This document shows, piece after piece, positions 1 through 7,350 of a stretch of DNA of 64,000 nucleotides; the first letter of the stretch is position 1; every line of letters starts with the position of its first letter. The notes under the pieces were generated by a model. The model had not been told where the DNA came from, did not search any database, and saw only the letters and a list, made by a program, of their open reading frames with translations. This DNA comes from Campylobacterota bacterium (GTDB lineage: Bacteria > Campylobacterota > Campylobacteria > Campylobacterales > Arcobacteraceae): assembly GCA_051746405.1 (NCBI GenBank), contig JBNJFB010000002.1, positions 1 through 64,000 of the forward strand. Direction: 5' to 3'. Both the position numbers and the translations under genes were made by a program.

Positions 1-45
1 TCCGGCTTATGAGACCAGCGCTCTAGCCAGCTGAGCTACCTTGAC
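1..45 (-). tRNA. tRNA with CAT anticodon (elongator Met or Ile2), 3' end beyond the window edge
   Basis: Minus strand reads GTCAAGGTAGCTCAGCTGGCTAGAGCGCTGGTCTCATAAGCCGGA: D-arm plus CTCATAA anticodon loop. Confidence 0.9.
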
Positions 46-53
46 ACATGAAA

Positions 54-99
54 TTGGTTGCGGAAGATGGATTTGAACCATCGACCTTCGGGTTATGAG
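54..99 (-). repeat. att direct repeat, left copy: displaced 3' half of tRNA-fMet (anticodon loop to CCA)
   Basis: 44/46 identical to 11931-11976, differing at 69/11946 and 79/11956; similarity stops at position 100. Confidence 0.95.
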
Positions 100-307
100 T
101 ACAAAACCCTTTAAATTTGAGTCCGTATTATAGGGATTCTCGCCTTAATATTAACTTAATTTATGATACAAAATTGTACTTTTTTTTGTACTTTTAAAAT
201 AGCTTCAATTAACCCCATAATGGGGCTTTTAAATACTTGTGAAATGCAAAAAGAATGTATGAATTTTTATTATGTAAGATATGTGATAGTTTTAATTTCT
301 TATTGTA

Positions 308-751
308 TTAATTATTTATTTTAAAATCTTTTTGTTTTTTCTTAGTTTGAATTACTGCAAAATCAAAATAAAATAGTATACTTATAGGTAGAAATATTAT
401 TAATAGAATCCATATTAATTTATTAATATCCTTTTTAAACTCATTTATTAATATTGATATAAAACAGCTTAACCATAATATAGAGTTATAAACTATTATC
501 ATTATAATTCCAATTGCTCCTAAAAAATCAAAAGAAGTTACAAATAAAATTAAATTTACAAGTAAGTGTATAATTAATATACTAGGATTATATTTAGGTT
601 CATCACTGTTTAACTCTTTTTCTTTTTCACCTGGACTATTTTTATTAGTTTTTATTTTAGAGTTATAGTATGATTCAGCTTCATTTTTACCCGTTAATTT
701 GTCACTTTCCTTAAGTGCTTCGTAAAACTCTTTTTCTTTATTGCTTAACAT
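308..751 (-). CDS. Hypothetical membrane protein (about 3 TM segments), downstream of the repressor
   Basis: 147-aa ORF, charged N-terminus followed by hydrophobic segments; AAGGAAG SD upstream. Confidence 0.75.
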   Translation of the reverse strand: MLSNKEKEFYEALKESDKLTGKNEAESYYNSKIKTNKNSPGEKEKELNSDEPKYNPSILIIHLLVNLILFVTSFDFLGAIGIIMIIVYNSILWLSCFISILINEFKKDINKLIWILLIIFLPISILFYFDFAVIQTKKKQKDFKINN

Positions 752-764
752 GGACTTCCTTTTT

Positions 765-1088
765 TTATTTTAAAATTTCATAGTTTACAAGATGATATAT
801 TTTTTTAATATCATTTTCATTTAAATTTTCTATTAATTTATGTAATTCTTCCTTATAGTTATTAACATTTTGTGTATTATTTTCATTTTGATTTTCAAAA
901 AATATTAATCCCAAATCAATATTTTTTTCTTCACAAATTGTTATTATTTCTTTATACGGTATTGTATCTCTACTTTTCCAATTTCCATATGTACTACTGT
1001 GAACACCTAAAATATTAGCTATTTCAATATTTTTATTAACTTTAAATATTTTTTTTAGTCTGTCTTCTATTTCTTTAAATTTTCCCAT
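765..1088 (-). CDS. Phage CI-like HTH repressor without a peptidase domain
   Basis: EIANILGVHSSTYGNWKSRDTIPYKEII HTH pattern; start moved to ATG 1088 with AGGAA SD at 1097-1101. Confidence 0.85.
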   Translation of the reverse strand: MGKFKEIEDRLKKIFKVNKNIEIANILGVHSSTYGNWKSRDTIPYKEIITICEEKNIDLGLIFFENQNENNTQNVNNYKEELHKLIENLNENDIKKIYHLVNYEILK

Positions 1089-1103
1089 TTTGATAATTCC
1101 TAC

Positions 1104-1133
1104 TTGACAAATATTCCCGTTTTGTGATATTAT
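1104..1133 (+). promoter_or_regulatory. Rightward sigma70 promoter for the cII-int operon
   Basis: TTGACA at 1104-1109, 18-nt spacer, TGnTATTAT at 1125-1133. Confidence 0.7.
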
Positions 1134-1194
1134 TCCCACATGATTAAATATTTTAAAGTGTTATAAAGTCCTAACAACACCCATAAAATAGGAC

Positions 1195-1203
1195 ATTATA
1201 GCA
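1195..1203 (-). promoter_or_regulatory. Leftward extended -10 promoter for the repressor operon
   Basis: Minus strand TGCTATAAT, a perfect TGnTATAAT. Confidence 0.65.
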
Positions 1204-1241
1204 AATTTTGTATTTAAAATGTAATTACACAAGGTGTTAAA

Positions 1242-1745
1242 ATGAGCAGATTATCAAATATACTAAAAGATACAAACCTATATAAAAAAATAGCTTACGC
1301 ATTTAATCTAAATGATAAATCCTTTGGATTAAAAAAAGGTATGACTAGATTAGAATGTACAACTGACTTAGGTTTAAAAACAGTAAAAGAGTTTAATAAC
1401 TACTTTGACCCATTATCATCAAAATACTTTAGAATTGAAGAGCTTTTTATAATACTTGAATCAGTTGATAAACCACAACAAAAAATTATACTGGATTACA
1501 TCTGTAATAAATATGATTTTACTTGTCAAGATACAGCAGATATCAATAATACTAATAACACTTTAGAAAATATCCTACTTAATATCACAGCAACTCAAGG
1601 AAGATTAACACAAGATTTTATTCAAGCTATCGAAGATGATGATATTACAGATATTGAAAATGACAAATTAAATTCCATAGCCTATGAACTAAGAAGTTTA
1701 GTAAGAACCTTTGAAAATAGAATTAAGGCTTTTAGAAATGACTAA
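1242..1745 (+). CDS. Phage regulatory protein, CII (186/CP76)-like
   Basis: Divergent from cI; C-terminal GRLTQDFIQAIEDDDITDIENDKL resembles the CII-family 'A.EDG.I...E' region. Confidence 0.6.
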   Translation: MSRLSNILKDTNLYKKIAYAFNLNDKSFGLKKGMTRLECTTDLGLKTVKEFNNYFDPLSSKYFRIEELFIILESVDKPQQKIILDYICNKYDFTCQDTADINNTNNTLENILLNITATQGRLTQDFIQAIEDDDITDIENDKLNSIAYELRSLVRTFENRIKAFRND

Positions 1746-2892
1746 AACAAATTACCCAAATATCTATTATGTAATTAATAAATCAAATAAGAAAATATAC
1801 TATGGTAGATATAAAAATAAAAATGGTAAATATGTTAAAAAAAACCTTGGAAGTAACCTAAGATTAGCTGTTTCAAAACTCACTTCTTTAAAACGAAATG
1901 AAACAATTAATAACAATTTTTTAAATGAAAAATATAATATCTCTTTACAAAAAGCACTATCAAAAACTACTTTTTTAACTGCTTTTGATGAATATAAAAG
2001 GGTAGTGTTCCCAATGCTTTCAACTGATGAACAAAATACCAGAACCAGTAGGTTTAAAAAATGGATATTACCTAAGTTTGGAAGTATGGAAATAAATAAT
2101 ATTAGATACTCACATATTCAAGAGTATATAAATGAACTTGATGATAAAAATACAAAAAAAGAGATTAAATGTAGTAGAAAAACACAAGAGCATATAAAAT
2201 CTTCAATTCAATCAATGTTTACTTACCTAACAAAAGAGAATATATACACTAAAAATAATACAGCTAGACACGTGACAATTAAAGCATATGATAATCACGT
2301 TCCAATGACTTTAACTGCTCAACAGATAAAAACCTTTTATCAAAATATCATAAATCTTGATGTTACAGATTTAGAAGTTAGAAAAAAAAGATTAATGTTA
2401 ATACTTATGATACATGGAAGAAGACTAAATGAAGCTAGAAATTTAGAAAAATGCGAACTTAGATTTTTAGATAATGAATATGTAATTCCAGCTCATAAAA
2501 GTAAAGATGGGAAAACACATTTTCATAAAATGACTAAATTTTTAAGATATGAACTATTAGAAATGACAGTATATATGAAAGATAGTGAAACATATTTATT
2601 CACTAATCCTACAACAAATAAACCATATAGAGATATTTCTAAATTCTTTACTTCAATAAAAATGGCTTCAAATATACCTTTAACTTTTAGATGCCAGGAC
2701 TTTAGACACGTTATTGGAACAGTAGCAAGAAAACAGTTAGGTATGCCACTTGAAGATATAAGAGATGTACTAGGTCATGGAACAGTAACAACTACTGAAA
2801 TTTACAGCGATAAAAACTCTGATAATTCAAGAATTGTAAATAATAAACTTTTTGATTTCTTTGGTTTAATGTTTACAGATGAGTTTAATTAA
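1738..2892 (+). CDS. Tyrosine recombinase/integrase
   Basis: HGRRLNE (R), SKDGK (K), QDFRH, LGH, TEIY (Y); N-terminal arm-binding-like region; ATG 1738 overlaps the cII end. Confidence 0.93.
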   Translation: MTKTNYPNIYYVINKSNKKIYYGRYKNKNGKYVKKNLGSNLRLAVSKLTSLKRNETINNNFLNEKYNISLQKALSKTTFLTAFDEYKRVVFPMLSTDEQNTRTSRFKKWILPKFGSMEINNIRYSHIQEYINELDDKNTKKEIKCSRKTQEHIKSSIQSMFTYLTKENIYTKNNTARHVTIKAYDNHVPMTLTAQQIKTFYQNIINLDVTDLEVRKKRLMLILMIHGRRLNEARNLEKCELRFLDNEYVIPAHKSKDGKTHFHKMTKFLRYELLEMTVYMKDSETYLFTNPTTNKPYRDISKFFTSIKMASNIPLTFRCQDFRHVIGTVARKQLGMPLEDIRDVLGHGTVTTTEIYSDKNSDNSRIVNNKLFDFFGLMFTDEFN

Positions 2893-2909
2893 AAAATAAA
2901 GGGGTAATT

Positions 2910-3251
2910 ATGAGTTTTAATGAAATAGAAAGATTTGGTTTTAATTGGCAAACAAAATTTAACGCAAACAAGAAATATAAACAAGGTATTAATATTTATA
3001 TTGTTGTTCATTATATGGATTTAAATAAAAATCTAAAAACAACAAAAATGTATATATTAGAAAAAAAATATTTACAAATAAGTGATTTAAAAAATTGTTT
3101 TAAAGATGCAGTTAATGAAGTTTTAATGAAATACGTATTTCCAGGAACAATATTAGATACTTTTTACTATACAGATGAAAGGACGGTTATCCCAAAAGAG
3201 TTTAAAAAGAGTAATACCAGTTTTGATAGATTTTCTACCCTAAGAATCTAA
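2910..3251 (+). CDS. Hypothetical protein
   Basis: 113-aa ORF with AGGGG SD, directly after the integrase. Confidence 0.65.
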   Translation: MSFNEIERFGFNWQTKFNANKKYKQGINIYIVVHYMDLNKNLKTTKMYILEKKYLQISDLKNCFKDAVNEVLMKYVFPGTILDTFYYTDERTVIPKEFKKSNTSFDRFSTLRI

Positions 3252-3265
3252 CTTGTTTTAATTTG

Positions 3266-3411
3266 CCCTTGAGTTCTCACTTATCGTAAGTGTATAAAAG
3301 GGTTTTGAAACTTTATGTAACTTATTGATGGGGCTTTAGCCCCAACTATCAGTTTAAATAAATTTTCGAAAACCCTACACTTACATTTTGATAAGTGTGT
3401 TCTCAAAAGGG
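3266..3411. other. Long imperfect inverted repeat; candidate single-strand origin or packaging signal
   Basis: 3266-3310 is an approximate reverse complement of 3363-3411, enclosing the GGGGC-TTTA-GCCCC hairpin. Confidence 0.6.
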
Positions 3412-3544
3412 TTTTAAAATTTGCCCTTAGATTTGAACTTGGAGGGTTGAAGAGTTTATATGACTTTTATAAATTTCATTACTACCTGGGATTTATAAAG
3501 GTTATAAAGACCTTAAAAATAAATATACAAAAGGAAAAAAGAAA

Positions 3545-3946
3545 ATGGCTGAAAATAAAAAACAGATGACACAAGAAGAGTTAATCGCACAAGCAGTAGC
3601 ACAAGCAGAAAGAAAGATGGAGTTAAAAATCCAACAAAGAGAAATGAATACAATTAAATTAGGTGCAACTGTTGTTAATACTGAACTTATTAGAGGTAGA
3701 GAAATAGTAGATAAACAAACGGGTGAGGTTAAAAAAGATAGTGCAGGTAATGCAATGAGATATCCAGATAAATTTAAAGCTCAACTTCTTTTTAATGGTG
3801 GAAATATGGAAACATCAATTACAGAAGATGACTTTTCACAACTACAACCAAATAAAAAATATTTGTGTGAGGGTTACATGGGAGAAATTAAAGTATTTGG
3901 AAATGTACAAATAGCACCAATTTTCACAAGTTTTACGCAGTTATAG
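3545..3946 (+). CDS. Putative ssDNA-binding protein
   Basis: Beta-strand-rich 133 aa with a DKQTGE hairpin, immediately upstream of rep; strong AAGGA SD. Confidence 0.55.
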   Translation: MAENKKQMTQEELIAQAVAQAERKMELKIQQREMNTIKLGATVVNTELIRGREIVDKQTGEVKKDSAGNAMRYPDKFKAQLLFNGGNMETSITEDDFSQLQPNKKYLCEGYMGEIKVFGNVQIAPIFTSFTQL

Positions 3947-3958
3947 TATTCAAAATAG

Positions 3959-4000
3959 CCAGTTCAAGGGATTTACCCTTGCTGGATTAACAAGGGGGGG
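3959..4000 (+). other. Candidate double-strand origin (nick-site hairpin) for Rep_trans
   Basis: CCCTTG-CTGGATTAA-CAAGGG(GGGG) just before the rep ATG; resembles the ..TAACAGGGGG nic sites of the ICEBs1/pT181 Rep_trans family. Confidence 0.6.
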
Positions 4001-4004
4001 TTAA

Positions 4005-5399
4005 ATGGGACACACTTTAAAAGTTACAACATTAAATGACATTATAGACACACTAAAATTACAGTTTTATCCAAATGGTAATACTACATTAGAAGAGATA
4101 GAAAACTTTAATTCTTGGATTGATAAATTTGTAGAATTAAAGCAGGAAGCAATGGCAATTAAAAATCATGATAATCAAAAAAGATTTATAAAAACAACTT
4201 TTTCAAATACAACATTTAAAGTCATGGCTACTTCTCAAAGTTCTTTTAATGTAGTTCTACAAAATGGAGATATTTCAATATCTTTATTAAGAATTTCAAA
4301 AACACATAAAAATCCAGTTGTAAAAGTAGAGTTTAGAGCTGAATTTTTACTAAGAAATGGTTATAAAAATGCAATTGAATTAGTTAAAGATATTATAAAT
4401 AATCTATTTGAAAACTACTTTATAAAAGTATCTGAAATACATCTTGCTAAGGATGTACAAGGCTTTGAGTTTAATCCACTTGATATACATAGATTAAAAA
4501 CAGTAGCAAAAAATAAAACTGTATATCATAATGATATTTCATCTGAACATTACTTTGGTAATAAATTTAGTGGTTTTTCTATTGGTAGTGGTGATGAGAT
4601 GCTTAGAATCTATAATAAAACATTAGAGATATCACAAAAAAAAGAAAAATCATTTATCCAGGTTCTTTCCTGGAATTATAATTCAGATTTTGATAACTCT
4701 AAAAATGTATGGAGAATTGAATTTCAATTAAGAAGAGCAAAACTAAAAGAGTATTACTCACAATACGGTCAATTAGATAGTTTAGAAAATGTAATAAACT
4801 CAATATCTAATCTATGGACACACTGTATAAAAACATTTGTATTAAAAAATCTATCTCAACAGCAACTAATAGAGCAGATTTACAAATATAAATATAATGA
4901 AGATGGAACAATAGATTATATAGACCCTGAAACACTTAGAAAAAGATTCCAACGTTCATCAGTTCACCCAATTTGGGAGCAATTAAACACATTTGAAAAT
5001 AAACAAAACCCAAAAGTTCAAAAAATAAAAGATATAAAAAAACCTGAGGTTGAGTATGTAAAAAATGCCTATAAAGCAGTTTTATCAACTTTTGTAAAAC
5101 TAAAAAGGGGGGAATTTGATTCACATGAATTAACATCAATACTAATACAAGCAGAAGATGAGGCTAAAGATACTCATGGAATTACACTAGTTGATAAAGC
5201 AAGATTAAACGCACTGGATTATATTAATCATGCTCAATTTTTCTATGAACAAACTGGGGTTATTGATGATGGATTTTATAACTATAAAAAAGACTTGTAT
5301 AACAATATACAACAAACTTTTACTTTTTCAGATACTGAACCATCAAATCTTTTTACTTTTTATGAGTTTCAAAAAAGAATGTTTAATATTTTGGAGTAG
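4005..5399 (+). CDS. Rolling-circle replication initiator, Rep_trans family
   Basis: SEIHLAKD, LRIYNKTLE (catalytic Tyr) and WRIEFQLR motifs. Confidence 0.88.
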   Translation: MGHTLKVTTLNDIIDTLKLQFYPNGNTTLEEIENFNSWIDKFVELKQEAMAIKNHDNQKRFIKTTFSNTTFKVMATSQSSFNVVLQNGDISISLLRISKTHKNPVVKVEFRAEFLLRNGYKNAIELVKDIINNLFENYFIKVSEIHLAKDVQGFEFNPLDIHRLKTVAKNKTVYHNDISSEHYFGNKFSGFSIGSGDEMLRIYNKTLEISQKKEKSFIQVLSWNYNSDFDNSKNVWRIEFQLRRAKLKEYYSQYGQLDSLENVINSISNLWTHCIKTFVLKNLSQQQLIEQIYKYKYNEDGTIDYIDPETLRKRFQRSSVHPIWEQLNTFENKQNPKVQKIKDIKKPEVEYVKNAYKAVLSTFVKLKRGEFDSHELTSILIQAEDEAKDTHGITLVDKARLNALDYINHAQFFYEQTGVIDDGFYNYKKDLYNNIQQTFTFSDTEPSNLFTFYEFQKRMFNILE

Positions 5400-5405
5400 C
5401 AAATC

Positions 5406-5576
5406 ATGAGAAAAGATGTTTTACAAAACCAAAATTTAATCTTAATAGCTATATCAACATTAGCTAAAGGGGGTGAACCAATAAATATAAATAGAGTTTC
5501 TAAATTAACTAATTTAGATTGGAAGACAGTTAAAAGGTATTTTATAAACGGATTTTATTTAAAAGGAGAAAATTAA
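5406..5576 (+). CDS. Small HTH DNA-binding protein (56 aa), not in the ORF track
   Basis: MRKDVLQ...ININRVSKLTNLDWKTVKRYF; GGAG SD; fills the rep-lysozyme gap. Confidence 0.7.
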   Translation: MRKDVLQNQNLILIAISTLAKGGEPININRVSKLTNLDWKTVKRYFINGFYLKGEN

Positions 5577-5578
5577 AA

Positions 5579-5986
5579 ATGAATGTTTACAGATTAAAAA
5601 ATTCAATTAGAAATCATGAGGGATTAGAATTAAAACCTTATAGGTGTACAGCAAATAAACTAACTATTGGTTATGGTCGTAATTTAGAGGATAGAGGTAT
5701 AACAGAAGAGGAAGCAGAATATCTATTAGTAAGAGATTTACAAAGAATACAAGAAAAATTAAGAGCAAAAATTATTAATTATGATGATTTACCATCTAAT
5801 GTTCAAGAGGTTCTAGTTGAAATGGCATACCAAATAGGTACTTTTGGTTTATTCAAATTTAAAAAAACTTTAGATTATGTATATAAAAAAGATTTCCAAA
5901 ACGCATCAATAGAGATGCTTGATTCCCTATGGGCTAAACAAACACCAAATAGAGCAAAAACTCTATCAAATAAAATGAAAGGTTAA
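5579..5986 (+). CDS. Phage lysozyme/endolysin (GH24, T4-like)
   Basis: E14-x8-C23-x5-T29 triad in HEG...YRCTANKLTIGYG; MLDSLWAKQTPNRA C-terminus. Confidence 0.93.
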   Translation: MNVYRLKNSIRNHEGLELKPYRCTANKLTIGYGRNLEDRGITEEEAEYLLVRDLQRIQEKLRAKIINYDDLPSNVQEVLVEMAYQIGTFGLFKFKKTLDYVYKKDFQNASIEMLDSLWAKQTPNRAKTLSNKMKG

Positions 5987-5989
5987 AAA

Positions 5990-6208
5990 ATGTGGAATAT
6001 GTTATTAACAAATGTAGTTCTACCACTAGCAGTAGAAACAGTTAAAAGTTATGTAAAAAATTCAGATTCAAAAAAAGATGATAAGGTTCTTGATGTAGTT
6101 CAAACAGGAGCTAACTATTTATCTAAAAAAGATAATAATACAGTTGATAAAAATACATCAAATTTACTTAATAAAAACAGTATGGTTCAAATTCAAAGAA
6201 GTTTATAA
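5990..6208 (+). CDS. Small protein with hydrophobic/amphipathic N-terminus; possible holin or lysis accessory
   Basis: 72 aa directly after the endolysin. Confidence 0.45.
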   Translation: MWNMLLTNVVLPLAVETVKSYVKNSDSKKDDKVLDVVQTGANYLSKKDNNTVDKNTSNLLNKNSMVQIQRSL

Positions 6209-6762
6209 TGGCACTTTTTGACAGTGATAATGATAGATGTTCTGCTTATTGGGGGTATCCTGAACTTTATAATAAATGTATAGAAGATGCAGCTAATGAA
6301 GATATCATGTGGGATAATATATCAGATAATACAAGTAACTCCGATAGTACTGTTTTTGATGATAGATTAACAATACCTGGAAAGAATTTAAAATATAATT
6401 CTTTTAAATTGGTTTATGATTATAGAGATGGTGTTTCATTTGACCCTAATTTTTATAATAAATATTATTATGATAATGAAAAAATATTAGGTGAATTTAT
6501 ATCCTCTGAAGTTTCTAATTATGTTTGGAATGATACCGAAACCAGAGATGTAGCTTATTATTATTATGAATATGGGATTGTATCTGCTTATAAGTATTTT
6601 AGGCTTGATACAAGAGTATTAAATACAGATATTCATTTTGAGGAGATTTATAAAGATTCATTAAATCATGGTTTTCAAGTTTATATAAATTCAAAAAAAC
6701 AAACTAAATGCTGTATTGAACATATGTGTAATCCACAAGATTATATATATGTAGGAAAATAA
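6208..6762 (+). CDS. Hypothetical phage protein (Tyr/Asp-rich)
   Basis: 184-aa ORF, TAATG stop-start coupling with the previous gene. Confidence 0.7.
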   Translation: MALFDSDNDRCSAYWGYPELYNKCIEDAANEDIMWDNISDNTSNSDSTVFDDRLTIPGKNLKYNSFKLVYDYRDGVSFDPNFYNKYYYDNEKILGEFISSEVSNYVWNDTETRDVAYYYYEYGIVSAYKYFRLDTRVLNTDIHFEEIYKDSLNHGFQVYINSKKQTKCCIEHMCNPQDYIYVGK

Positions 6763-6831
6763 ATTTAATCTTTTAAAAAAACAAATTTATTCAATTTAAT
6801 ATATAAAAATAAAAAAAAAGGAATTTAAAAA

Positions 6832-7002
6832 ATGGCTGATTGTGAAACAAGTTTAAATAATATTAGTTCTAAATCAAATAGTATAAAAACTAATACAGAT
6901 AAATTAACGAATATAGAGAATCAAAACAGAGATATTATAGCTTTGTTAAGTTCTCTATTGTATGCCTTAACAGGTCAAGAATATAGTAAAATATCACAAT
7001 AG
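6832..7002 (+). CDS. Small coiled-coil protein (56 aa), not in the ORF track
   Basis: MADCETSLNNISSKS...IIALLSSLLYALTGQEYSKISQ with AAGGAA SD. Confidence 0.65.
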   Translation: MADCETSLNNISSKSNSIKTNTDKLTNIENQNRDIIALLSSLLYALTGQEYSKISQ

Positions 7003-7011
7003 GGGTATAAA

Positions 7012-7350
7012 ATGGGATTAATACAAACTACTAATTCAAGTGGTATAACAGTAACAATGGAATTTCCAGAGCACGGTGATGAATTTGGAGTTACAAATAT
7101 TGATAATTCAGATTATGAATCTAAATTAAACACTTCATATTATGCAAATGAACTTTCAAAAATTGACGGTATTAATGTTTTAAAAAATACAGATGGCTCT
7201 ATTGCTGTATCATCTGATACTATACCACAACAAGATATTACAGATGAAACATATCAGTTACCAATAGCAAACAATGATAATACAGCATCTAACTTAATTG
7301 ATATTAATAATGATTTAAATAATAAGGAGTATTTATGTTACCAGCATTAG
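7012..7350 (+). CDS. Hypothetical acidic phage protein
   Basis: 112-aa ORF with AGGGG SD. Confidence 0.7.
   Translation: MGLIQTTNSSGITVTMEFPEHGDEFGVTNIDNSDYESKLNTSYYANELSKIDGINVLKNTDGSIAVSSDTIPQQDITDETYQLPIANNDNTASNLIDINNDLNNKEYLCYQH

Noticed and set aside
55..99. A second functional tRNA-fMet
   Set aside because: Only the 3' half is present; it is the att duplication
3994..4000. G7 tract as a phase-variation switch
   Set aside because: Shorter than typical Campylobacter contingency tracts and already explained by the SD and nick hairpin
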